Shown: positions 47,641 to 59,980 of the stretch, one piece after another
Layout of the letters: each line of letters opens with the position of its first letter
Numbering within the stretch: position 1 is the stretch's first letter
Assembly: GCA_964252035.1 (NCBI GenBank)
Contig: OZ176216.1
DNA length: 64,000 bases
Direction: 5' to 3' (one strand)
DNA from: Podarcis erhardii
Lineage: Eukaryota
Made by a program: the position numbers and the translations under genes
The notes under the pieces: model-generated
The model's input: only the letters and a program-made list of their open reading frames with translations
Database searches by the model: none
Told to the model about the DNA's origin: nothing

Positions 47641-50036
47641 GAGTCCCCTGTAGATTCTCTTTCTCCAAAGCCATGTTGGTATAGAACCAGTTACAAGCCC
47701 TTTAAGGAAAGAAAACAGCTCTCCTGTCAGGGTGAGTGAGGAGGCAGAGCCACTGGAATAGAAGCTTCTTCTTCATTTAACCCTCATGTGACTTCTGCTC
47801 CTCGGCTGAGACAACATCTTTCAAAGCTCAGCAGATAGGGCCCACTGGGAGCTGTCCAGACTTCTGATTTGGCATACCCTAGCAGAACTGGAAAAGGCCC
47901 TGGGGATTGTTATAACTTCTCCAGCAAGCCCTACCACAGTACAAGATGTGTGTGCCTGGTTAACTGTTTCCATAGCCATAAGAGTCCAGTCTTGAGAAGT
48001 GCCTTTCATCCCTTTCAGTGCTCAGATATATTCTTCCTTGCATTTGTTGCTCAAAGTCTAACCACAATTGCTATGACATGGGATAGCCTCTAGGAAGGTA
48101 AGGTCCCTAGTTATTCCCTCATTGACCCAGTCTCCTGGCCACCACTCTGCAAGCCAACATCTCATGAAATGAACATAGCTCAAAGCACCATCTATGTGAG
48201 GGAACAGCAGGGAGCTTTGCTTATGAGCTGGTGGGAAGAATATGAGATGGTGAGAGGGTTTTGTTTTGTTTTGTTTTTTGACAGGTAGACATGGCAAAAT
48301 TGCAGATTATACAGCTTGACCTTTAAAACCTTTTGAAGGTATGTGGGAAGCTTTTGTAGCTTGTCAATTTCAACTGGCCTTAGAGGCAACCCAAAATGCA
48401 ATGTTTTATACAGGGAACAGGCTGCCCAAGCCTGCCACATAACACATCTCCATTAATCGGGGCAATGCAAGCTTTCTGAGCATACAAAGAAAATAGGAAA
48501 GAGAGCTCATTTGGTTGTCTTTGGCACACTTCTTTACCCAAGGTTAAAGTGATCAGAAAGAGGGGTTAGGGTCACCTGGAATCACATGCTAGTTATGTAA
48601 GAACTTAATAAGAGCCTTGCTTCCAACATCTGGCAGCCCTGCGTGAATTGCTCTGTCCAGGACTATTCATAGTCAACAGTTTCCTTCCCCACCCTGTTGC
48701 TGCTGGGTTTAATTCCTTCTCAACTGATCCCAGCCAAACAGGGACCACATACTGGATTTGGCTACATCACATTGGTAGGTAGCCAATCAGATTTAGCTTG
48801 AATTGGTATCATCAAAGGCAAATAAAGCCCACTTGGGGTAAGGCAATGCTTCCTATAATAGTCACACAGGCGGTCGTAGCCAATCAGGGATCACTTAATG
48901 ATCAAACTTTTTTCAAACCAGAGTTCAGAGTGATTCAAAACAGAACACTAAAAGGGTATGCCTTTCAGTTCTGATGAGCCCTTTTACAAAACCTCTCTTT
49001 CCCCATTTTGGCTCAGTAACTCATTGACAAGGGGTGGCACTTTGTATTTGACTGTTTGTGGTGGCTGGTGAGATTCCATACTGGATAACTGCCCAAATAA
49101 AAGGAATCAAATATATTCCAGCAAATCTAAAGGACTTCACTTTGAATTGTGAAATAAAATTTATCACTCAAATTGGGCACTTTGGAGTAGACCTCTGAAT
49201 CCAGCAGTTGACTACATTTCAACCACTTGCAAGCATTTATTTCAGTCCTCCAAAAAATTGGAGTGACAGTTGTCAGCCTCCCAATCTCATTGAAGAATTT
49301 GTGGCCTCCTTTTTGCTTCCCCATCACTTCCAGATACCATGTTACTGCAGAGGTTGTCCCCCCCACCCCCGTCCTGCTTTTTAAAGAAAGTTTATTCCTA
49401 CCTTTCTGTTACCGGTGCACAGTTTTTGCTGCTGTTTGTTTGCTTTGCGCAATGTAGCTGTTTGTTAGTAGAAAGTGACAGTTTATCCAGTTTTTCTTCA
49501 GGCTCCTGCTGATAGCTGCACAACGTTGAACACCATGGACAGCAAAGCTACTGGGAAAGCAAGGACCTCCAATGATATGGTGGCTCTTACAAACCTATAT
49601 TTCTGTTTTGAGTCTGACACATCAAAAATATTAATACAGCACATGGGGGAGGGGCAAATATATATTCAGCAAGTCTAGTAATTAGATTTGTTTCTTTTCT
49701 TTTCGGAAAAAATACCCCAGTTCATATTGACAGGTGGGGTTTTTTTGTATGTTTTCCTTACAGCTAACAGATGCTGAGAGAAAGGAACAAGCAAACAACA
49801 ACAAAAACGCCTATCAAACTGAAGCACGACAATCTGCTCACCAGCTCCCAGATTACAAGATGCAAATGATCTGTGTCTTCCCCTAAAATAGGTGATTGAT
49901 ACCCCTTGCCACCTCTCAAAACTGCAAGCTAGGATTCCTGGAAATACAAAAAGCACTGAGTCTGGATTAACTTCACCCAGCCTCAGTTCCAATTCCTCTT
50001 CCATTATTTCCTCCAGGGCGTTGGAGCAGAACCCAA

Positions 50037-50475
50037 GATGATGATGATGATGATGATGATACACCTGCCCTTCACCCCAATGTCCCAAGGTGGATTTCAA
50101 CAATCAAAGCACAATATTTTAAACAGATTAAAATTACAGAAATAAAGTGGGTCTTAAAAATATAGACCTTGAGTATCAAAAGCCAGGGTAAAGAGGTATG
50201 TCTTCAGCACCTCTGTGATGAAGAAGTTCCACAACATAGGAACCACCACCAAGATTGCCCACTCTAGGCCCACCACCCCTCAAGTCACTGGGGGCAGTGG
50301 GACAACTAAAAGGGCCCCCTCCATTGATCTTAGCACCAGAGATGGTCTGTAGGGAAGGTGGTAGTCTCTCAGGTTTTTGAGACCTGCCTCTTTTAAACAC
50401 TAAATTGAGCACCTTGAATTGAGTCTCAAAATGAACTGGCAACCGGGGCAGCTGTTTTAAAATAGGGGTTATATG
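50037..50475 (-). mobile_element. L2 LINE 3' fragment with a (GAT)n tail
   Basis: Minus ORF MPVHFETQFKVLNLVFK resembles L2 LPVHFRAQFKVLVLTFK; (GAT)n at 50037-50060. Confidence 0.8.
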
Positions 50476-50537
50476 AGATGTGAAGGGAACCCTAGCAATC
50501 TGGCTTGTGAATTTGGGGTTTCTGGGGGTCTTCCTGA

Positions 50538-50657
50538 TGTTATTCTGTCTCTCACAGCTACAATAAACCTACCATTAAAATTATGGACTGATCATTTCTT
50601 CATCAGGGGGCAAACAGGCAAATTTAGCAGGGGATCAAATACTTTTCCCCCTCACTG
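50538..50657. mobile_element. Tc1-family DNA transposon, terminal (TIR) fragment
   Basis: TTCTGTCTCTCACAG..AATAAACCTACCATTAAAATTATGGACTG..GGGATCAAATACTTTTCCCCCTCACTG resembles recalled Tc1 ends; right flank is CA instead of TA. Confidence 0.65.
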
Positions 50658-51256
50658 CATTTTTATCTATTATGATAATATTGCAAGTATTTTTAGAATC
50701 CTGCTGATGTATTTACTTGTATATAATGCTTTGTCATAAATGCAATAAAAGTTTCCCATTCATTTTTAAATGTGTTACCATCCTGATTTCTAAGTCTACC
50801 AGTTAGTTTGACCATCTCTGCATATTCCATTAACTTAATTTGGCAATCTTTTTTTTTGGGGGGGGGGGATTTTTTCCTCTTTCCAGCACTGGGCTATCAA
50901 TATTCATGCGGCCGTAGTCGCATACATGAAAAGATTTTTATTATTTTTATTTTTAATTTCTCTTCCTAAAATTCCTAATAGGAAGGCTTCTGGTTTTTGA
51001 ACGAAGGTTATTTTAAACATTTTCTTCAGTTTACTGCATTAATCTGTATATAATATGATATATAATATGAGTATAGTGCAATATAATAATAAGCCGGGCA
51101 GAGGCTTCATAGTCTCGATATCCATGTTTTCGTCTCTTCTGCATCTGAAGCTGGTCTGAAACCTGAGAAAGTTTAGTGTACAATCAATGACCTGACTAGT
51201 TTAGGTCTGAGATTTAGACCCTGGAGTTCCTCAGTCAAGCATACTTTTTAGGATCC

Positions 51257-51277
51257 AGAGAGAGAGAGAGAGAGAGA
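51257..51277. repeat. (AG)n microsatellite
   Basis: Direct inspection. Confidence 0.95.
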
Positions 51278-52982
51278 TGGAGCAAGAAACAATTTGATTT
51301 CAATTCTAGCTGTTTCATGATGAAAGCAAGAATCCCACTTGAGAAAAGCAGAGTGCAGTCAAAAGTTCTTTGAATTATCGTCTCATCACTCCTCCATTAT
51401 TGAGGCTCAAATCATGTTTCCACCGTTAATTTCTAATTATGTCAGCATGCAATTGATGAGGCACTTTCAGCAAATGATTTCCATTAACGAGCTCCTACCT
51501 GAGAGAACACTCAAGGCTGCATAGGGCTAGAAATGGCATGGTCCACTATGGCAGAGGATGCTGCCCAACAGACAAGTTGGCTCGGTGGATAAAGTGTTGG
51601 GGGTTTAGACCTAGGAAATTTAGATCCATATCCTTGCTTGGTTCTGGAGAGGCTGGGTGGTCATGAGCATTTTATTGTAACTTGTCCTTCGTTCTCTAGG
51701 TGACCTAAAGTCATTTTAAAAGTGAGGGGGGTTTTTATTTTTAATAAAGCAGATCCTTCCCCCTGCCATAGGGGAAAAAAATTCAGTCTTAGCAAAATAC
51801 ATAGAGGTTTTAGCCCTCTTGGCTTTTGGATGGATGTTCCATTTTGTTCTTAATGTGTATATGTAGGAATGAAAGCCAGCAAACACCCTATTCCCCCAAA
51901 CACGTGACTCTTCTCTTTCATTTTGGTGCTACACTGCAAATTAAATAATGCAGTTTTCAGACTTTGCTAAGGGAGAAATGGTGTATAAATTCTTGAAACT
52001 CCATTCTGAACCAGCCGAGGGATCATTACAAGGCATTAGCCCATCAGTTAGAGACACACTTGCAAAAAGTAAACCAACCAAACAAAGAAAAACAGTCCCC
52101 ATGAAAAAGATATTCATTGCAAGTGCATCTGTTGTTTCTTGCAAATGACTAATTGTCCCCAAATAATAACTTTTAGTTTCTGGCATGGCTAAGACCATTT
52201 GTTCTAATTATGAGCTGTGGATGAGACTTGGGAGGGAGGGGCATATTGCATTTCGTAGAAAAGCAGACGTTTTTAGCTGAACAGGCTATAAATGTCAGAT
52301 CACAAATATGAATGATAGTACTATGATGTTTCTCCCTATTGTTACATAATGTTGGAAGCCCACAATTGATTATGAGGTTCTGTTAAATGAAGAGGTGTTC
52401 AGAAGCTATGCTATGCATCCTCCGGGTGAACTGGGACCATGCTGGAGATGACAACACCCTTGTTTTCCAAATAGCAATTTTCAGTGGAGGCTATTCCATT
52501 AGAGCAAATGGGCCCTGCCCAACCAAGTGCCAAACCCCACCTGCTTCCTGTCTTACTTACAGCCAGTTAGGGGGTATCTCTGCCTGCCTTTGGCTCTGGC
52601 TCACCTCCTGTTGGCCTCCCAGCTTTTTGCCGCACCAGTTCCAAAGGCACAAGCCACCACTGGAAATTTCATATGCTACCAATAACTCCAACATTTGTTC
52701 ATCCTAATTCTCCCATGTGTATTTCCATGCCTAGTTTCTCAGGGACGACCAACAATAGTGACCTGCAGATTTGGACTCCAATTCCTGTCAGCTCCAGTTG
52801 CTGATATCCTGAAAATTATTCTGCATTTTTGAGCAGCCTCTTTCAATTAATTAGAAAAGGTACCACAGCCAAAAACTACCAAAAGGGGGTGAATTTTTTT
52901 AGTGAAATCTTCATGGGTGGGGTGCAGGCCTTTCCCCCCTCCCTGGGTGTTCCTGGGTGTCATTTCTTTCATCTTGAGGATA

Positions 52983-53207
52983 CAGTGGTATCTTGGGTTA
53001 AGAATTTAATTTGTTCGGGAGGTCTGTTCTTAACCCGAAGCACCACTTTAGCTAATGGGGCCTCCTGCTGCTGCCACGCCGCCGCTGCACAATTTCTGTT
53101 CTCATCCTGAAGCAAAGTTCTTAACCCGAGGTACTATTTCTGGGTTAGCGGAGTCTGTAACCTGAAGTGTATGTAACCTGAAGCATATGTAAGCCAAGGT
53201 ACCACTG
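52983..53207. mobile_element. Tc1/mariner MITE, same family as 20593-20818
   Basis: CAGTGGTATCTTGGG../..CCAAGGTACCACTG with TA TSDs; internal sequence aligns with the 20.6-kb copy. Confidence 0.93.
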
Positions 53208-53257
53208 TAATCTCAACAGTGGGCTGCACTCTGCAGTCTTCCTAGCTTCCAATCCTT

Positions 53258-53515
53258 CATAAGAACATAACATAAGGAGAGCCTGGCTGGATAAGGCCAA
53301 TGGCCCATCTCGTCCAACATCCTGTTCTCACAGAGACCAGTCAGATGCCTATGGTAAACCTGCAAGTAGGACCCAAGCACAAGAGCACTCCCCACTTCTG
53401 AGGTTCCCAGGACCTCACATTCAGAAGCATCACTGCCTCTGACAGTGGAGGCAGAGCAGATTCATCTGGTCTAGAAGTCATTGGTAGCCTTATCCGCAAT
53501 GAATCTGTTCAATTT
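53258..53515 (-). mobile_element. CR1 3' UTR fragment
   Basis: CATAAGAACATAAC..GGCCAATGGCCCATCT..CATCCTGTTCTCACAG..CAGATGCC. Confidence 0.8.
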
Positions 53516-53689
53516 GCGCAACAATTAAAGGCGTTGGAGACCTGTTCTCCTCTGCATCTGGCCACTCTAATCACATTTGGTCTGGAACTTGCCTCATACA
53601 GAGTCAGACCATCAAGCTCAGTATTGTATACACCAAAACACAACAGATCTCCAAGGAGACCTCCTCGCTCCCACAGGAAGTTTTGATTG

Positions 53690-53958
53690 CTGCCAACATG
53701 GATGGCTTTAAAAGAGCATTAGACAAATTCACAGAGAATAAGGATATCATTGGCTCCTAGTCATGGCAGCTATGCTCTGCCTCCATAGTTGCTTCTGAAT
53801 ACCAGTTGTTGGAAACCACAGGAAGAGGGAATGCTCTTGTGCTCAGGTCTTGCTTGCGGATCTTTCCCACAGATACCTGGCTGGCCACTCTAAGAACAGG
53901 ATGCTGGACTAGGTGGGCCATTGGCCTGATGCAGCAGGGCTCTTCTTATGTTAGTTAC
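53690..53958 (+). mobile_element. CR1 3' fragment
   Basis: GATGGCTTTAAAAGAGCATTAGACAAATTC..GCTCTTGTGCTCAGGTC..GCTCTTCTTATGTT. Confidence 0.8.
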
Positions 53959-54544
53959 TATGTCACTACCTGGAGAGAGCTAGGACTTCCTGCATGCAAT
54001 GCAGGTGCCCAGCCACAGTGGTATGTGGGGCAGGCAATGCTATTTAAGCAGGATAAAAGGAGTGGCATCAGTATTGGCAGTGGAGCTTGAACAATGACAC
54101 TCACTATTGTTTTCTATTAGGAACAACCCAGATACAAGAAGCTGGTTGCAAGAACCAGCACAAAGTGTGGCTTTCATTACAGCTGTTTATAGGCTGTGAA
54201 CATTTTTTGTTACAAGTGCCTTACATGCTTCCATTTCATTATCCATATGACATCCCCTCCCTCTCTCCCTTGTTTTTCCCCCTCCAGGCTGCCACATGGA
54301 ACCCAATTAAATCATATTCTAATCCATAATGTATTAAGATAATAATGGGAACTGAAGTCAGCAGTGGCAGAGCTAGAGAAGGTGCCTGTAATGCTCATTT
54401 GATTAGGCCCTTCAGGGTGTGATGTTTGCTGAACATGAGGAATGGGATGATTGTTGCATTATTAACATGGTGACCAGATGCAAGAGAGAAGAGGATTTCA
54501 AGGGTTGTGTCAAAGTGAGGATTTCACCCATAATTTATCCACAA

Positions 54545-54848
54545 GTTGTGTGGATGTCCATCAAAATAGGCAGCATTGAAAGGGGGTTAGATAAATTCAT
54601 GGGGGACAAGGCTGCCAGTGGCTGCTAATTATGGCTGTCCATTAAGAGTCCATTAAGAGTAGTCCGTGATTGGACCTAATGATCAGGGGTCCCTTTACCT
54701 TTACTAGTACCTCTTACTGGAGGAGAACAGCATCAGAGCGTTATTATGGACTTCCTGGTGGCATCTGGTTTGCAACCTTGGGAAACAGGATGCTGGACTA
54801 GACAGCCCTCTGGTTCGATCCAGGAGAGTAGTCTTTCTGTTCTTATGA
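54545..54848 (+). mobile_element. Decayed CR1 3' fragment containing a 41-bp SINE insertion
   Basis: AAGGGGGTTAGATAAATTCATG..GGCATCTGG..AACAGGATGCTGGACTAGA..GTTCTTATG. Confidence 0.7.
54664..54704 (+). mobile_element. Extremely 5'-truncated Sauria SINE, 41 bp
   Basis: CCGTGATTGGACCTAATGATCAGGGGTCCCTTTACCTTTAC matches the Sauria 3' end; TAGT TSD at 54660-54663 and 54705-54708. Confidence 0.85.
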
Positions 54849-57193
54849 CTAGAAGTTCACTACGGCCACACTATTTGCTTCAGACCTAAATTTCTTGCTT
54901 TGGAAATCAGTCTGCTTCAGTAAGAGGTGCTGTATAGCCCTCCTGATTCAACTCAGAGTTTGCCGGAGATTGCTTTGTCTCCCCTCACCCTGCCCCCCAT
55001 TCCACCAATCACTATCCACCCATGTGGCAGAAGTGGATAAAATTTGTAGGCCACTTCATTCATTCGGAAGGTTTCTGTTAAATCCCAGCAGGATAGCTGC
55101 ACATTATAGTTTTAGGGTATTTCTTCATCTCCTCTAGCATGTTGTAGACAACTGGTCTGAAATTTGCATGTATGAGAGTGGTGTCCCTGGGTACAGAAAA
55201 CAGGCCCAGAGGCTTTTGTCCTAGGCACATTTAAATTTGGTTTTAAAGTGAGGAGAGTAAGAAGGGATTTTCCGAGTGAAATAGAGAGAGCTTCCAAACA
55301 TCCAGTTTATTGAGCATCCTGATTTGTTCATGGAGAGATTAGATGATGCTGGCTATTTATTGGACTGGAAGATGTTGTGTTAAGCTAAAGTTATCCCACA
55401 CTTTCCAGTGGATCTTCCTGTCAATTTCCATTTCACAAAACATTGATTTTTTGGAGGGGGTGGCAAGTTTGTTGCACAAGAGCTCCAGATCACTTCCCAG
55501 CAACAACAACACCTGATGCTAGTTAACAACAACCTTAACCCAAAGGGGTCAGAATCCCACTTTCCCTTCTGGACCTGTCTACCACTGGCATGCAGCTTCC
55601 AGAAGACTGCTTGTGAACACATACATTTCTTTGGGTTCCCCATCCCTGCCTTGAAGCTTCTGCCTTAAAAAACAGCAAAGCAAAAGATCTCTCCTTCTTG
55701 TTAGCAAACTCCAAGATAGCATGTTTTCACTGCAGAGGCCTGGCTGCAAATGTACCTACAACCTAGAATGGGGAAGAAAAAAAAACTTTAGCACATCCTC
55801 CTGTTGTTTAGCTCCCTGATGGCTTAATTACCATACATAACAAATGTGACAGATTGCAGGTTGACGGCTTTTTTAATGATGTTTCCCCTGTTATCAGGTA
55901 TATGCTCATTCTGCTTCTTTTCCCTTCTTTAAACAGAATTAGATTTGATACCTTTTCTCTCCCCCCCCCATCCCACCCAGCTGAACAAAAGCAAAGCAGA
56001 ATGTCTCTTCGCCATATATGTGTGCAACCCTGGCCCGGGGGCAAACCTGTTTAGCATTTCCTCGATCACATTTCAGGTCCTTTAACCTGCGCTAATCTCT
56101 CTAGACAGAGAGCCAGGGGGGTGGAAGGGAAGCTAACACCCTAAGCCACCTTGTCGATGCCGAAATAATTAAACTGGTCCCCCAGGCCCCGTTATATTTC
56201 TCCATGTGCTCTTCTGCAAAGATGTTCGGGTGGCATTTGAATGGATTTATTTTGTTTTAATGGATTGGAAATGCTGTGCAAGCCAACACTGCTGCAGACT
56301 TCTGACTCTCTTGCTCGCTCTCTTCCCCTGCCCCACCTGCACTTTCTAGGCTATACAGACAGATCTAGAAATAGCTCTCAATAAATTCATGCAAATATTC
56401 CTGTGTTTCCAACGTAACTAGAAATACTCCCTTGCCAGACACTGCACTGCAATCCCACTGGTGCTATAATGCTTAGAGCAGTGTAGGAAAAAGATGATTT
56501 GGTACACAAAGGAGCATGGAGCTATGGGCCTAGATAGGTCCTAAATTATATACCCTGCTCAGTCCATGATCCCACTCAATTTTACCCCCCCCCCCCATTT
56601 TGTTTTCTTTTCAGATAAACTCATTTACATGTGCAGGGCTAGACTCTGTCCCATCCCAGCAACACTTTTGACCCCTATGCACATGTTCCCAGAGGGCTGC
56701 ATAGCAGGAGATCTTAAGCAGTTCCTTATGACACATTTGGTACTGCAGCACCAATACCAGTTTAGAAAACATAAGTGCAACATGTCAGCTATGGTTGGTG
56801 TCATTTGCACACAGGGTATGCAGAGGAAAGGCTAAACAGAACATCTTTGATACTACTGTTGTGTGCACCCCAGTCTCTGAGCAGCAAGAGACTCCAGGAA
56901 TTCTACTGCTTTCCTACCATTCGGTTTCCTTGGAATGAAGGTCAATGGATACTGTGATTTCTTTAGGATATATGGTTTTAGCTACACATATATACAACCT
57001 AAGCATAGGAGGAAGGGCTCATAGCATTAACGGATATTGCTTCCCCCACTGATTCCTAGTCACTCCCACCCGCAAGGTCATAGCTGTGGATTCAGCAAAG
57101 TCAAGAGAGTCAGGCTCCACCTTCCAGGTTCCAGCATGAGTTTGGGCTGAACTCACACACACACATAGCCAAGTCTACTGTTTTCCATCCTAG

Positions 57194-57214
57194 GATGATG
57201 TGGCGTCCAGTCAG
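57194..57214 (+). other. Candidate 21-nt microexon (unverified)
   Basis: TACTGTTTTCCATCCTAG|GATGATGTGGCGTCCAGTCAG|GTGAGT; length divisible by 3; two of three frames open. Confidence 0.3.
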
Positions 57215-59214
57215 GTGAGTTGGAAAAAGGCCTTTTGTCTCTGTGGCCACAGGGCAACCTTTTTGGATAAGTGATTGGCAGTATTTAACTAGCCTGCTAA
57301 GGCTCTTGTCTTATCAAAGGAACTGGTCTGTATGGTTCAGCAGGTCTTGCCTTACAGTTTCTAACCTTACAGATACATGATCATATGTATGGAAGGGATC
57401 CATGGATATCATTCAGACTGACCCTTCAACCTTCAGAGCCGCAAGGCTACCTCCAATATTTTAGTGCACTGCACCATCCTCTTGAGCAGATACTGTTCTT
57501 AGAAGGATCATGTTGTCAGGAATGGAAAACATCAGCCCCAAGGGCCAGACATGGCCCTTCAGTCCTAGCCAACTGCCCCTTGGGACTTTCCTCTGGCCAC
57601 ACCCCCTCTCCAAGCTGCACCCCTCCTCTGATCTGTTTTTCACTCTCCTTGACTGTTTGCATCCAACCAGAATGTATCATTGAACTCTGGTAATGCCTTT
57701 GGTTCAGTGGATGTAGGACAGAGCAGTGTGTGTAGAAACTAGAAAGCTATAGTTTATATTTAGCCTCTGCTCTCACCCACCACTGGCATGTGGTGCCTTT
57801 GAAAGATTGCTCAGGAGGGAATGTGGCTTTCAGGATGAAAAATATTACCTACCCCTGCTGTAGTTTCTTCACTCAGAGCCCATTTTCTTAGCTGTATTCT
57901 ACATGCAAAGCATGTGCTCTATCACTGAGTTTGGTCTTCCCCTTGCATCTGAAGAAGAGTCATAGTGCAATACGAACATCTCAGGCAGTGTTGAGGCAAC
58001 TGGAAAAGCTTCTCTAAAAGAGATCTGCATAGGTTAAGGGCTATACTTCATCCATCATCTGCCCCCAAGAATGTCTTCCTGGTGAGGTCACTGGATACCA
58101 CAGACAGCTCTGCACTAATGCTTAGATTCATGATTCCAAACACTGAACCCATCTATTGTTGCATCCACAAGTAACACATATGACTCTGCCTTCATCTTTG
58201 GGATCCTTTGCTTTTTCAACTTTTTCAACCCTGCAATCAGGAAAACTTTCCTGTGGGGCTTCTGCAAATCTGGAAGTGCTTGCAGTCAGCTACGTACGTG
58301 CCCCTACACAGCAGTAATTCAAACTAATTGGGGACAATGTGTGCAGACACAAACACCATGGTCAATAAGGCTTCCTCTCTTGGCCTTCCCATGTCAAAAC
58401 CACCTCCAGGGAGAGGATTAATTATCCCCTGAAAACGATCCATCTGGTTTTCCCCCACCCAAAGAACCAGTTAGTTAACGAATCCCCAGGACCCGTCCAC
58501 CTTCCTAATAACTCTCCTTATTGAACCATTCTGCTTTGAAAGGGGGCTTTAAATTAAACTCCTCAACTGGAACTGTCTGGGCACTTGGAATAAAGGATTT
58601 TTCTCTATATTATTAAGCTAAAGTTATTCCTTTTATATTGCAGCTATGATCTGAGTAATTGGTGCTATATAAGTTCTTTCTCCAGTCAACCAATACACCT
58701 TTTTTTCCCTACATACCTCTCTTACTGTTTGGACTCCTCCAGGTGTCCTTTTTTTTGTGCATTCATGATGATTTGCACTCATGAGGGTATCAGGACAGTT
58801 ATATGAGATCCCACTTTCAATATTGCTCTTGGGGCAGACATGCTGCTTCATTTCCAATCAGCGCATGTTCCTTGACTTTCTGCTGAAATCCTGCAGCTTT
58901 CTTTCACCCCAAATGTTGTGGTTTATTTTTAGATCCACTTTTGTTGTGCTAAAGTGCAAGAGTGCCCCTCCAGATGGTGATAATGCAATAACGCTGGGGA
59001 AGCATCACACAACAACTAATAAAGCAGGATGATGTGTGGCAGGCCCAGTATAAATCCACCGCTGATGCCCAAGAACATGTTGCAAAATACCTCTGCAGCA
59101 AAAGCCAGATGGGAGGGGTTCTTAAGCTTTCTACCAACATCATCTCAAGCAGTGGGTGATGCCCAACCACTCAGACAGGTTTCATGTGTAGACATGTGCC
59201 CAGTCCTTGTCAAC

Positions 59215-59370
59215 TAACATCTTAAATTATTTTTAATGTGTTTGTGTGAGGGGAGGGGGTTATTGGCTTGTTTTGTTCTTGTTTTTATTATGCATTTTGT
59301 GTTTTTATCTTGTATATTTATGCTGTGATCTGCAGATGAAGGGTGGTATACAAACCTAATTAATAATAAT
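59215..59370 (+). mobile_element. L2 3' terminal fragment
   Basis: TTATGCTGTGA..GATGAAGGGTGGTATACAAA..TAATAATAAT is a typical squamate L2 end. Confidence 0.6.
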
Positions 59371-59614
59371 GGTAATAGTAATGATAACTTGAAGACAATA
59401 TAGTGAAAAGGGCAGTCCATAGCTTGGGGGGGGGGGAATCAGCTCTCCAATTTGCTCAGAGCAGCAAGTAAGCCTGACCCAGAAATGTCACACAGCATCA
59501 GGGAGTATTTCCTGCCCTGCTCTAGTCTATAGGCATAAATGGCCCTTGTTGCTTGGTGGCTGAGCCCCTTGCAGTTCTCTCCTTTGTTCAGAGCTGGGAG
59601 TGATGATGTTCATC

Positions 59615-59980
59615 ACGGATGCAGGTGGCGCTGTGGTCTAAATCACTGGCTTGCCGATCAGAAGGTCGGTGGTTCAAATTTGTGCAACCAATTCCATTGT
59701 TCTGCCCCAGCTCCTGCCAACCTAGCAGTTTGAAAGCACACCAGTGCAAGAAGAAAATAGGAAATAGTGGTGGGAAGATAAATGGCGTTTCCATGCGCTC
59801 TGGTTTCTGTCATGGTGTCCCATTGTGCCAGAAGCACTTTAATCATGCTGGCCACGTGATCCGAAAAGCTGTCTGTGGACAAACGCCGGCTCCCTCGGCC
59901 TGAAAGCGAGATGAGTGCCGCAACTCCATAGTTGCCTTTGACTGGACTTAACTGTCCAGATGTCCTTTACCTTTTTTACC
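59615..59980 (+). mobile_element. Sauria SINE, older subfamily
   Basis: GGTGGCGCTGTGGTCTAAA..GCCGATCAGAAGGTCGG..GACTGGACTTAACTGTCC..CCTTTACCTTT. Confidence 0.9.

Noticed and set aside
48131-48249. Possible 119-nt exon (CCCAG|...ATG|GTGAGA) with one open frame
   Set aside because: Weak pyrimidine tract and no recognisable peptide; indistinguishable from chance
49675-50103. 142-aa minus-strand ORF with a poly-His run
   Set aside because: The His run is the reverse of the (GAT)n L2 tail; the rest has no recognisable homology or consistent splice signals
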